Positions 12,145-24,400 of a stretch of DNA of 64,000 nt are shown piece after piece (the first letter of the stretch is position 1; each line of letters opens with the position of its first letter). The stretch is from Amoebophrya sp. A120 (taxonomy: Eukaryota > Protista > Dinoflagellata). The DNA is taken from assembly GCA_905178155.1 (NCBI GenBank), contig CAJINV010000010.1, positions 885,092 to 949,091 of the forward strand. The letters run 5' to 3'. A program made the translations under genes and the position numbers. The notes beneath the pieces are model-generated. The model did not search any database and was not told the origin of the DNA. It worked only from the letters and a program-made list of their open reading frames with translations.

Positions 12145-15100
12145 ATGGCCTGTCGGCTGCACTGGATTTCTTTCGGACGAAGCAACAGCACCGGCAGCAG
12201 ACGCTGCAGTCCATGTCCACCCGACGCGGTTGTTCTCCGCCGATCCTGCGCCCTCAGAAGTCCGGTGTCATCTCTCGTCCTCTCCAGCCCGAGTACTTGT
12301 GCACGACCGTATTTCCACCTCGGAGTGAATAGCGGGGACGAAGCAGCGCCGCTTTTTGATGCCTTGTGGACTCGACGTACGTTGTATACGGGAAATAAAC
12401 CAAAATGTAACCTTTTGTACCGCAGCACGAAGACGAGAATGATCTCGGTTCTTGCGTCGGTTGTGACAACTGCAGAGCGACTACATAGGTCTCCAGCGGC
12501 GCGGGTGGAGCTGCATCCGTGGGAAACTTTGGAAACGCGGTTGCTTCTCTGCATCAAAGAAACGGAAGAAGAATTTGAATTGCAGAATCAGCAAGATCAT
12601 CAGAAACTACATCATGCTACTAGTGTCAGCTTCGAAAAGTTGCTGAAACACCAGGCGGAGAAGATATTCCGGGCCACACGACCAGGACCACGCGCAACAC
12701 CAATTGAACCTCCAAATGAAACTACTACTTCTAGCGGTGATTTTGTCTGCTCTGTGAACCATTCACATTTTCACACACCTTCATCAACACCGTTTGATGT
12801 CGCGAACGATGATGTCTACTCGAAAACGTCGTTGTTCGATCCGAAAGTTGCCAAGCCTGAGGTTTTGAAGTGGTTGCGACGAGAACCGCCCAGTGCTAGT
12901 GGTCTGTCGTCCAGCGCTGGTCGTGGAAGAACTTCCTGCACAGCTACTACTTCTACCGATTCTACTAGTTATTTTCCCGACTACCAGGAGCTGCTGCAGG
13001 CGACTTCGGCTTCATCTCGTCCTGCCGCGACCGCCAGCGCTGCAACTCGGATCGCCACCTACACAAGCCTAGTCCAAGAGTTCGACCGGTTTTCCCTCCA
13101 CCGCGCGCTCGTCACGGCCCTCGCCTGGCGCTGCCGCGAGCGGTTTCAGGTGGCTGCGAGAAGTAGTTTATCCTGAGCAAAAATGTACCCAACCCAGAGT
13201 TGTCATGCAGATTTGCAGCTACAGGAAGATTTGTAATGCGCATCCACATGAGAGGCATTTCCAATCGCGTTTTGCGCTTTGTAATGCTGTCGACAGGATG
13301 AGTAGACGGATTTGTGTTGCGGCTGTGCTTGCTAAACTGCACTACAATACGGAGACGAACTTGTCATGCTGGACCCCCAAAACTTCTCGATTTGTGTTGC
13401 GAGATCCCCAGCTTGACTCTGGTGTGGGGACGTTTTTACATAGGATATAGTTTGGCGGACCGCGCCGGGGGGGAAGCGGAAGTGCAGAGGGTAGTTGGAG
13501 CTACAACTACTGCCGGCGCTGGTGCTGGGACACCTGCCTGCGATGTTGAAAAGCAGGTTCTAAATCATCTCGAGGAACAACTGAAACTGTGGCTTGATGT
13601 GATTTCCGATGCGACTAAGGCACTGATGTTGGACATTCGGGCCTCCACTGGCGAAGGTCGTTTTTCGGGTGGGAAAGACAAGCTGAGCAGTGCAGCTCCT
13701 ACTGGCGTGACTGCTGATAGTCCCCCCGGATTTGGGGAGGAGGGAAAGAACCCCCGCGAACATGATCAGCCTGTACTAGTACACAGAGATGTTGTTGTCC
13801 TCGGCTCTGAGGTGGACCTTTTGTCGTGTGACGTTTTGCTGATGCGGGCCATTGCATTTGACAAGTTGGGACAGTTCTGTAGGAAGTTTCCACCAGCTTG
13901 TTCTCACGACAACAAGAAGATGAATTATACCACGACCAGACGCAACGCGTTGCAGGACCTCGGGTTGCGGGAGCATTTGCTCGCCCAGAAATCATTTTCG
14001 CACACGCCCAATGCTGCTACTACTTCATCGTCCACCACGGCGGTGCCTCAAGAACAGTTGCGCACCACGACAGTCAAGCCTTTACACAGGAGCTCCTTTA
14101 TCACGGCGGGAGAAGCGCAATTATCCAATGGGACGAGAGGAAACGAGAGCGAATGTTGGTCCGGAGTTGCGGCTCCCGCTGCGCATGATCCCGACGAGGC
14201 CCACAAGGTTTTGACGGGCACGGATAAAAATTCGGTGCCACTTGGCACGACGGACTTCTTTTACTACAACACCAAGGACAAAATAAATGTTAATACTAGT
14301 GGAACAGCAAGCAGAGCCTGTACTAGTTCATCATCTTCCCTAGTCAACACCACGGCGTGGGGAAAAAGCGACACTAGAACGTATCCTGAGCAAAAACGTT
14401 CCCACCCCATAGTCAATTTGGGAAATCTGCTACACAAATCAGCCCGCTTTGGCTGCTTCGCAAGACAAGTTTGGCCTCGTAGTGTAATCCTGTTTACTAG
14501 CTTGTTCAGCAGCAGCACAGATCTAGCATATAATGCTGAATGGAGCATGACAAATTCCAAAACGCGACTAGAAAATGCCGCTCATGGGGCTCCGCATGGG
14601 AAACATTTTCAGCGTGCAGACTTGCATTACAGCTATGGGATGGGGGCGTTTTTACATAGGATAGAGCGGCGTCCAAACTGCACCGCTTTCTGGATTGCCG
14701 CGGTCGGCATGACAAGCACGATGCAGCGGACTACAAGCGGGGAAGAAACCATTTCCTCGCCAGATGTCCTCGCGCAATGGGGCGTGAAGTTCAGCGGCGC
14801 CTACTGTAAGGAAAAATCCCCCCTCCCCATATTGAAAACGTATCTTCTGAAAATTTGTGATGCAGATTTGTGACCACAAATCCTGACTGTCTTGCGAGAA
14901 GGCAAATCCAGGCTCTCCGCCACTCTATGGAGGCGATTTGTAATGCTGTAAGGACTACAGGACAGCCGTCTACCATGCTAGGCACCTACACCAAAAGGGA
15001 CCTATCTAGGCTGGCGATCTGCGTGCAGTCCTCTACAGCAAGACAAGTCTGATTTGTGTACGCAAATCCAGTGCCACAGATTTCCTTTGCGATATGGGGA

Positions 15101-15192
15101 GGGGGGATTTTTCCTTTTGATAGCGCCTGATGAGACTTCCGGACGGGAAAGATTTGCATGTTGGTCATCGATGGGTGGAGTCGGTGGTGTAG
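12145..15192 (+). CDS. Hypothetical protein with 3 TIR introns
   Basis: Long open exons 12145-13168 and 13453-14381 join in frame; spliced model ends ...HRWVESVV* at 15192. No recognised domain. Confidence 0.6.
13169..13447. mobile_element. TIR intron, family B
   Basis: TIRs; direct repeat TAGTT. Confidence 0.85.
14382..14663. mobile_element. TIR intron, family B
   Basis: TIRs; flanks GAACG/GAGCG. Confidence 0.85.
14802..15122. mobile_element. TIR intron, family C
   Basis: TIRs; direct repeat GCGCC. Confidence 0.85.
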
Positions 15193-15775
15193 GATGGAAA
15201 AGCGCAGCGGAAGGACGTGGAAACTCTTGGTATCCGAGGATGATGAATCACGCACACAGAAACTTCCCCTTTAAGTGTTGTAGCGTTCTAAACCAGACTT
15301 TTATTCAGACGGAATTTTTGATGAGTCCGCGACTGCGGCCGCCCGACGCGCTTCTACTTGTTCTCAAAAAGAAGTAGTTCTGGCCGACGTTCGTCGGATT
15401 TAAGTAGTCCCCCGACTCGAAATTCGCGTTTCGCTGACACGTCCGCCTGGGTAGTTCTTCGGTACCATATGATAGATCTGGTGGTGGTGCTGTGTCAGGA
15501 GGGAAAGAAGCGCTCCACCTGCATCTGGTTGTACACGACCCGGAAATTTATACAATCCTTCCCCAAGAATGTTGTACTAGTTCTAGTTGTACTGAGAACC
15601 AGCATTCGGTTCACCTCCTACTTCAGTTGCTTTGTTGAGACGGTTCACCTCCTATTTGCTTTGTTGAGACGTCTACGAAAAGCAGTAGACAAACTACTCT
15701 CGTCTTGAGAAATGATCCTTTTTTTAGTAAGTACGAGCACATCTGCTCAAGAGTGAAAAATACTGCCAAAAAAAG

Positions 15776-18700
15776 ATGAAAATAACCAACATGCGCAGCA
15801 CGTTTTTCCCGTCCTCGTCTTCCTCTTGCTTTCGACTCTGTAGTAGTCTTGCGGCTGGCCGTGGCCAGGGAAAGCCAAACCAGCACTCAGGGAGGTTCGG
15901 CACGAAGATTGGATTTGGAGCTGCTGCTAGTACACCCGAGTCCTCGCACGCCGCGCGGACGCAGCAACAAGGTTTTCCTGCTTTTTTCTTCCACGCGAGT
16001 TCCAGTCGTGGTCCTCCGGATCAACATGATGTTGGAACACATTTTAAGGCACCACCGGTAGCACGTAGTTGGATTCAAAAAAGGACTTCTTCTACTTGCG
16101 ATGAATCTACTCGGTCTTCTGTGGGGTCGACACTGCGAAGATGCGGTTTAACGTCCGCACACCTCAATTGCCACAGCCAGGGAATAAACTATAGTAGCGG
16201 CGCAAGCAGCGGCGGCATGTGCGAGAACGGCACGACCAGTTTGTTGAAAATACCGGGACGAGTGCGCAGCTTGCGGCTGCTCCGCTCGGACGGCAGAGAC
16301 GAATCACTGCGCGGTGCGCAGTTCCCCTGGCAGGAGGACCCTGTTGGAGGTCCTTGCGCAGCACTAGCAAGATCTCCGGGTCTACTGCCTTCTATTACGT
16401 CGTCGGCTCGTCCTGGACCACGGCCACGGGGAATGGTGTCAGAACAACTTCGGGACAACTCATTTTCTTGTAGGAATAATAAATCGTTGTCCGGGGTCTT
16501 GTTAGAACCTCCTTGCGGTCCGACACCATCTGTGACCTCGACAACTCGTTTCTTCAGCACCCGTATGCATTGCAAATATAACCCCTGGATGTCTGGAAGC
16601 ATGGAAGTTTGTCATGCTTGTCTCTCATGACTCCTAAGTCTGTGATGCATGAGCAGGATCATGAGAGTCTCTTGCCTGTCGTGCAAAAGCGCAGTTTGCC
16701 ATGCAGAGCTCGCAACACATAGCAGCTGAAGAACTTGCCATGCTTGACTGCGTATTACAGTGTGTCCACCATAATTCCCAAGCCAGCATCACAAGTTTCC
16801 AGACATCCAGGGATATTTGCATTTGATAACCCGCAGTCTGCACGGACGGATGTTCTGGCGGCGACGGCTATCAAAAGGAAAAATCACCCCTCCCCATATC
16901 AAAACGGAAATCTGTGATGCAGATTTGTGGTCACAAATCAGCTCTGTCATGCTAGAAGGAAAGACATGCGGAGCGTAGTAATGCCTGGCGTCTGAGGGCC
17001 TTGCGCCTTCAGCATGACAGGAAGCAATTGGAAGCGGGATGAAACAGCATGACAGATTACCGGCAAGCGAGTAGACTGCAACTGCGTCTCTTGGCCTTCT
17101 AGCAATACAACTCGACTTGTGTTCGCAAACACAGCATCGCAAGTCTTCTTTTCGATATGGGAAGGGGGGGATTTTCCCTCACAATAACGGCCCCGAGAGG
17201 TACCCATGCGACGGTGGAACTGGCGCAGCAAGTGGCTGGAAGGCCGCCCCCGTATCCGGGGTATTTGCTATCAAATGTAAAAATGTCTGGGTCTGGAAAC
17301 TTGTGATGCTAAAATGTGCATGACGAAAACACTTCCGAATGCAGTCCGGCACGACAACTTCCCAAAACGCTTCCTCATAGGCAATCCGCATGAGAGCCTG
17401 CGTTTTTGCATGGCAAAAGAGGCTGCGACTTTTGTTCGTTATGCAATACAGATTTTCTAGGTATGGAAAGCTAGCATTACAAGTCCCAACCTTCCAGACC
17501 CAGACATTTTTACATTTGATATTTGCACCAAAGTGACCATCAAGTCACCCAAGAAACCGTATTGAGAGGAAAAATCCCCCCTCCCCATATCGAGACGCAG
17601 TTTCTGATGCTGGATTTCCGTTGTACACAAATGCGCGCTGTCTTGCAGTAAGGCATTGCAGCCAGATCCTCAGCCTAGATAGGGGCGGTTGGGTCTCCTA
17701 GTTGTTTAGCACTACAAACGGCTGTCCCCTAGGCCCAACAGCATGCCAAATCGCTTCCGTAGTGGCGCGGCAGCATCTGCGCTTGTCTTCTTGCAAGACA
17801 GACGTGATTTGCGGCCTCAAATCACCTGTAAAGCATGCCGCTTCGATATGGGGAGGGGGATTGTTCCTCTCAGTAAACCGAATTCCGGCAACCGGAAAGT
17901 CGCCCGCGTATCAAATGCAAAAGTGTCTGGGTCTGGAAGATTGCAACTTGTCATGTTGTCTTTGGAAGGTAAAAAAAATCTCTATTGCATGGCCAGCAAG
18001 AGAAGCTCAGTTTGTGCTACGCGGAGTGGGCGTTTCTCATGCGGAATACGCATCAGAAGGCCCTTGAAAAATCTGTGATGCTCGGTCATGCATTACTACA
18101 GGCGTCATGGGGTATGCAGAGTATGCATGACAAACCTGGCAATCTTCCAGACCCAGACACTTTTACACTTGATACCGCGTGAAGTTGATCAATGGCAGGA
18201 CCGTCTTGTGCTACATCCCCGGCATCGGGCACAATTTGCAGACCCATTCTGTGTATGAACTGCAAATTTAATATGTCTGGGTCTGGAAGCATCCATGCAA
18301 GTTTGTCATGCTCTTTATCTGGCATGACTCATAATTGAATCTGTAATGTCGATGAGCAGGAAAAGCAAAAGGGCGTCTTGCCTGTCATGCAAAAACGCAG
18401 TTTGCCATGCGGGAAACAAAACACAGCAGCAGCGGAAAAATTTGTCATGCTTGGCTGCGTAATATTGCAGTCCGCCCACCAGCAGTCACATTTTGGCATC
18501 ACAAGTTTCCAGACGTCTAAGGATATTTGCATTTGATACTGTGGTACTTGTACGCGGAAGGCGGACGCGGGATCTGATATCCACGAAAAAAACTGAGTGT
18601 AACATTATAGGGTAAGCAGCATCACAAATTATTCGTTTTGCATTTTTTCAGACAAAAGAACCTGTCATGCGCAGCTAGTATTTGAAAACACGTACTATGA

Positions 18701-20298
18701 AGCTAGTGCTAGCCTATGTATGATGCACATCTAGTATGACCGCAGGTGGTACTATGACCGTCATTGTGTCGTCCGCAACACAAAATTACATTCACATAGT
18801 TTTTTTCTTGCATGTCTGATCGGGTGTAACTACAAGCTCGTCCGAGGTGTGTTTGACTTGCTGCCAGTCAAGGACAAGATGCGCAGACGCTCCATCTACG
18901 GTGTAAAAAAGCCGCTGAAGCTATCCGGGCTTGGAAGTAACCGTCCCCACGATCATCGTCCTCCCAGAGTTGTCATGCCGGTCTTGCATGTGCAACAGAC
19001 AGAGCAGTTGTGCTGTCACACGGCTTGTCCCCATGTTGAGAAGCATTTTGTTCTTTGTGGTCATCCTCAACATCGCGTTTCAAGACTTGTCATGCTGCAA
19101 TGCGGATAGGAACAATTGTCATGCTGCATGCCGCAACGGACTCTCTGACGATGCGGCCATGTTTTTATATCGCCAAGGACGACTTTGCTGGCTGCCGAAG
19201 TGAGGAAAATGCACAATGCACAATGCAGATAGCGGTGGCATTGAATGCATCCGCTATGCGCATTGTGCATGGCAGTAGCCCGTAGCGGGTTGTTGACTCC
19301 TGGGGGGTGAGGCGGGGCTGCAGAATTTTATCGCACGAAAAAAGTGTTTACATTTTTTACACAGTTGTTGTCAACTCAGCAACACAAATTTCTCTGCATG
19401 AGAGAGAAAACTCTCAATGCAGAAATCCTACGGGTAAATAAACACCTCCGAAAGGAGGCTCCTACGCATATCCGGCATGACAGTGCTAGTCTGTCTTGCT
19501 TGGCCTGCAACACAATGTGTAAGCGTAACACTTTTATTTTCTCAGGATAAAGTTTCCAACGGGGATAATAGCCGAACAAGTGGGCGAATACGCCGGAGCG
19601 CCCCTGGAAGAGGGTTTACACGGACGAAATGCGATATGGATGTTTCAGGATCGAAATCGACAAAGTTGCAATGATTTGCCATGCATAAAATGCAGCCCAC
19701 AAAATGCCTGTCTTGCAGAGTAGGCAACAAGTGAGGCAGATCGTAAGCCTGTTGAAGGGTACTAGAAACTGAGCTGCTAAAAAAGTAGCATCACAAAAGG
19801 CGTATTCCTTACCCAAACAGCATGACAAACTGGTTTTCGGTTCTACCCAAATTTATCACGCACCACTTGGAAACTGGGTTGCAGCTGGCATCCATTTTAT
19901 GCATGACAACTTTGTCGATTTCGGTCCTGGCAGTTCCATATGCGGCGGCGATACTTTTTCCGTACCGGCGTCGACATCCCAGCGGGCGAGCCGGTGCCGC
20001 ACTATGAGAGTGCACAACCCCCCTTCCCCTCATTTGTATCGCATGAGCAGCAATAGAAACACCACCACATTATGTGGAGCCTGTGCATGATCGAGTAGTA
20101 CTGTTTGGGATTGTTGTTCCGGAATCTGTCATGCATAATTCGTGATACAAGGAAGCAAGAGCAACTGGATTTGGGATTTTGCATGAGAAATGAGAACGAG
20201 AGGGAGCAGTTGTGCACTCTCATACGCACATCCCCCTGAACCGAAAATTTCCGCCCTTCCCGATAAAGGGCTTTGGCAGGAGGGGCAAAGCGGCATGA
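15776..20298 (+). CDS. rps12: Bacterial-type (probably mitochondrial) ribosomal protein uS12 with long N-terminal extension; 10 TIR introns
   Basis: Spliced product reads [95 protein letters not shown], the uS12/RpsL signature. N-terminus is Ser/Arg-rich. Confidence 0.9.
16564..16828. mobile_element. TIR intron, family A
   Basis: TIRs; direct repeat ACCCG. Confidence 0.88.
16869..17186. mobile_element. TIR intron, family C
   Basis: TIRs; direct repeat ACGGC. Confidence 0.88.
17269..17521. mobile_element. TIR intron, family A
   Basis: TIRs; direct repeat TTTGC; joins RGIC to TKV of uS12. Confidence 0.9.
17560..17875. mobile_element. TIR intron, family C
   Basis: TIRs; direct repeat AACCG; splits PKKP|NS of uS12. 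Confidence 0.9.
17909..18174. mobile_element. TIR intron, family A
   Basis: TIRs; direct repeat CCGCG. Confidence 0.9.
18254..18538. mobile_element. TIR intron, family A
   Basis: TIRs; direct repeat CTGTG. Confidence 0.9.
18578..18814. mobile_element. TIR intron, family H-like
   Basis: Imperfect TIRs; direct repeat TCTGA; joins RDL to IGC. Confidence 0.85.
18922..19567. mobile_element. Composite TIR intron (outer element)
   Basis: TATCCGGGCTTGGAAGT pairs with AGTTTCCAACGGGGATA; flanks GAAGC/ATAGC; frame restored. Confidence 0.7.
19329..19549. mobile_element. TIR element nested in 18922-19567
   Basis: TATCGCACGAAAAAAGTGTT ... AACACTTTTATTTTCTCAGGATA; flanks AATTT/AAGTT. Confidence 0.65.
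19635..19940. mobile_element. TIR intron, family G (TAYGGA..TCAGGATCGAAATCG)
   Basis: TIRs; flanks TGCGA/TGCGG. Confidence 0.85.
20003..20224. mobile_element. TIR intron, family I (TATGANARTGCACA)
   Basis: TATGAGAGTGCACAAC / GTTGTGCACTCTCATA; direct repeat CGCAC. Confidence 0.85.
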
Positions 20299-21444
20299 TT
20301 TTTACGATGTTTGGCCATTACTCATATGAATATCGTCTGCGCTTTGATTCACTCTCAACATGAGGCACCAACTACGTTGCTCATCTTTATTCAGGTTGTA
20401 ATTCTACCTTTGTTACCTCGTTGTGTGTGGACACAGCTTGTGGCATCTTCGTTCTCCTTCGAATATAGAGACAAGCAGGACTGCGACCAAGCTCTACAAC
20501 TGGAAAAGAAAACTACACTTTTGTCCTTCAGGTTCACATGTTTCAGCCACGTGTTGAGGCAGAACGCAAGAACATAGAACGCAAACAATCTTGCAGATGT
20601 CCTCGGACTACTTACTTTTGACAGGTGTCCGAAGGAAGTCCGAACCCGAAGTCTAGTAAGAAAGTGTTTGAAAGAGATAAGAAGTACTTCTTCTCGGTCT
20701 ATTATTTCTCCGAAGATTTATTTTATGTCGGTTTTGAATACAGTCTATTCGTACAAAGACAGACAAATTGAGCTTGGGTATCATGACAGACGCTATTTCC
20801 AGCTTTTCGCTGTCGGTCCTCTGCTCGTGAAATAAACGCGAGATGCAGTATTTGCAACTGCCAGTACACAGGTCGTCGAGGACTGCTTTTCTGTTATTCT
20901 CTCGGTTTTTTTTTCCTCGCACAAGGCAGACGGCAGAGACGAGGCCTCGGTAGAAGAAATTGCGGGCTGCTAGTTATGGGCAGTCGGAGGTAGTGGTCCT
21001 TCGCTTTTTGCTACTTTTTCCCGATAGACATAGTACGAACGTATAGGAAAAATGATCGCACGGTGGTCTGATCAACGCAGGAGGAACTACCAGCATTCGA
21101 CAGCTGTTTCTCATCCTCGCCGGTTCATCTTTTCGAATTTATCCTCGAATCACAAGAAATTTACTTTTTGACAACTTTTCACTATAGAATCTAAAAACTA
21201 TCACACACATCAATCGAAAAGAACTAATTCCTGCAAGAATTGCTGCACGACCCCGCTGCTCTGAAGCTTTGCTCTGATCATTTCAAAAGGCCAGTTTATT
21301 TCTTCCTTGGTCTACTTGTGATCCGAGAGTTCTTCAGCTGGAGGAGTTTAATTGGCACTTTGAAGAACTACAGCCTGTGTAACAAGCACACACACTTACA
21401 TCACACAGCCAGAACCGGGACCGTCGTCGCGTTTCCTGACAATC

Positions 21445-24400
21445 ATGCTGTTAATCCCGGGGCGAGGGACGCGGAACATCAAGGCGGCTTGCTGTCTACT
21501 GCTCTACTTTGGAGCCTATCCTGAGTAAAAAAACCGTAAGTAGTACCCGTCCGCGCAGGTGTTATCTTTTCTCACAAAATTTGATCCAAATTTTGGCGCA
21601 GGAGAAATTTGTAGATACACGAACAGGGCGGGAGTTATGTTTGAAAGGTTGAAAAGATTAAATGCTCTGTGCTTTCTTGATTTGGATCTTTTCCAGGAGA
21701 AAAACATTGTTTTTCCAGAAGCTGCGGGTACATTGTTTTTACACAGGATATAATTACGATTGGCGCGCCCGCTGCTGTTGAAGCTGTCGCATGGAAGTTC
21801 CTGGCTGCGCGGATGAACGACACCACGTCAGTTGGGATTGACGCGGAAGCTGTTGTACCGAGCTCAGCGGTCATCCCCTTCCGGGGCGGCGGGGGTGGAT
21901 TTTCATTTTTCGAATTTTCCTCGACGGCGCAGGTCGTCAAGGATGTCCCACCTGCTGCTGCTCGACTTGCGTCGGACTTGGGAACGAATCTGAACAACGC
22001 AAGGCTGTCCCACCTGCAGTTGCTTACGAATCTGAACAACGAGCTTGCTGTCCAGTTCGGGAAGTTACAAAACATGTTTCGAAACGAAAACGAACGGAAG
22101 AAGCTGTTTCCGTGGTGGACCTCGACCGGCGCAGAGGTCGTGAGACATCACACAGAAGAACGTTCGACCTCCGCTACCGGGAGCGGGAGACAGGGTGGTG
22201 AGCTCACGCACGCACAGTTGTTGCTGGAAAAAATGAAACCGAAGCTCGTTGTGCAGGACTGGGGGGGGGTCTCTCAAAGCACGGTGAATGGAGAGACGGT
22301 CCCGACGAATGAACCAGAGCCTGGAGAGACCGTGGATCTGGAGACCTTTGATGGTGGATATGACCTCGTGCCGCGCCCGCAAGCTATCACACAGGAAAAA
22401 AGTAGCATATCAGACCGCATGAGCAATTTAATATGTAGTGAGGTCACCGAACGGTTCTAACCAGGTAGTTTTTTTGACAGCCAGACAGCAAAACGGCCGT
22501 CAGTTTTCAAGCGGCCGGAAGCGTTTTTTGACATAAAAAATTTCCAATTATCAAGCGGGCGGGGCTTTGAAGTCAAACAAGCCCGGTCGAAAACTATCGA
22601 TTCGCACTTGATAAAACGACGCAGGGGAGCCGGCAAAAGGGGCGCCCTTCTGAGGCGCCCACCGCCTTGGTTTCTGGCGGTTTGGGCCGCCAAAAAAGGG
22701 GCGCGGAAAAAACTCGCCCAAAATCAGAACAGCGAAACAGCATGGCACGGCCGCGATTTCGGAGCATTTTGGGCGGCCGCGAAAGCGGCCGCCTTTTCGC
22801 CGGTTTCAGAGCCTGGGAAGCTTTACAAAAAGCGCCGGAGGGAAAGATAAAAACGCGAAAAAGAAAAAGCGCCCCGGACGCGCAAAGCCAATCCGCATGC
22901 TATGGGCCCGATTTTTCTTCGCTTTTTGGGCGCCCCCCGTGGCGCCCGGATCGGCTCCATAGCATGGGGGCTAGCTTTCGGAAAGGAATTTCGGAGATTT
23001 GCCAAAAGCTGCGACGTTTATCGAGCGGCCGCCATACCGTGCGGCCTAACGTTACTCACGGCGGTATGGCGAGCCCAGAAAAAGCAAGGCCGCGGCCAAG
23101 GCGATGGCCGGCAAGAAAACGCCCACGACCCCACTACCTCCGCCCCGGCGGCTATATTTGGTATAGTGGTACTTTATACACTTACACATTTAGATTTATT
23201 CTACAGTTAGAGTGACAGACAGCACACGTACAAGTACTTGTCTTGGGCCGTGTTGTTTGGCTTTATAATCATATGCGAGAGGGAGAGAGCTCATTTTTTG
23301 TGTACTGGTGGGTCCTATGCTAGCTTTTTCGTTTTTCTCGGGGATGTCAAGCACGACGGCGGGTTCTGGGAGTTATGGCAAGGTTTCGTTCTACAAGAAC
23401 AAGCGAACAGGCCGTGAGTACGCCATGAAATGCCAAAGCGTGCCATTCCGTGATGCCTCGGAAAAGAAAGTTGAAGACTGGGCTTCCGAAATTTTTGTGC
23501 ACACTTTCCTGACGCAGTTCGAAATAGCACGTATGCCCGATGTTTTCGATTGGGAAAGACAAGACGCACCACCGGCCGACATTGACGTCGGTGCGGGACC
23601 AAGACAAGTATCAAAGAGAAAAAGATTGTCGGTGTAACTTTCTTGGAGGACCAGCACTACATACAAATCTGTCTGGCATGAAAGCAAGATGAACTTGTCT
23701 TGCGCAGATAGTACCTGAAAACGCGCTTGAGTGGAAGTGGATCCTGCAATGCGTGCCCCGCATGACAGACGCAATCACCTTGCATGTTGTGCATCACAAA
23801 GTCACACTGACAATGTTTGTTATATTCGATAACGAGCAGCGGCAATCAATCACTGCGTGCCTCACCTGAAATTTGTCCTTCTTGGCCGCTTGCCTAGCGG
23901 AGGGAATATTCACTGCAAATATGATGTCTGAGAAGTCGGAAGGAGTGCAATTTGTGATGATGCCTGCTGTGGATCCTGAAAATATTTTTGTTGCATGCGC
24001 GTCAAGAGGAGTCCGGTGTTTGGCACGCGGAGACGAAGGTATAATTTCGCATGCGTTAAGAGCATCAAAAAGTTCTCAAAAAATGAATATTGTGAATATC
24101 GTCTTTAGATGTTGTTCGCAGTGTCGGAGAGATTTGATTGATACGAGAGATTCGGAGAGTACGAGGGGAAATAAAACTCGGACAAAGTTTTTGTGATTGC
24201 AAAATGCACAAATCGGACTTTGGTTTATGTTTCTATTTTCATGAGTGCTCGCATTACAAATTCATTCTTTTCTTGTTTTGATTGTTTTGCTTTTCACATC
24301 ACAAACATCAATGAACCCTGCTTCACCCAAACTCTCTTGCGCGTGTGTAACTTTGTATTCGTGGCTCAAGCCACTATACGTTGTAAGACATTGTGTTGAC

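Noticed and set aside
16563-16833. Explaining TIR introns as ordinary GT-AG introns where G precedes TAT
   Set aside because: GT appears only when the direct repeat happens to end in G, and no frame-preserving AG lies at the matching 3' position.
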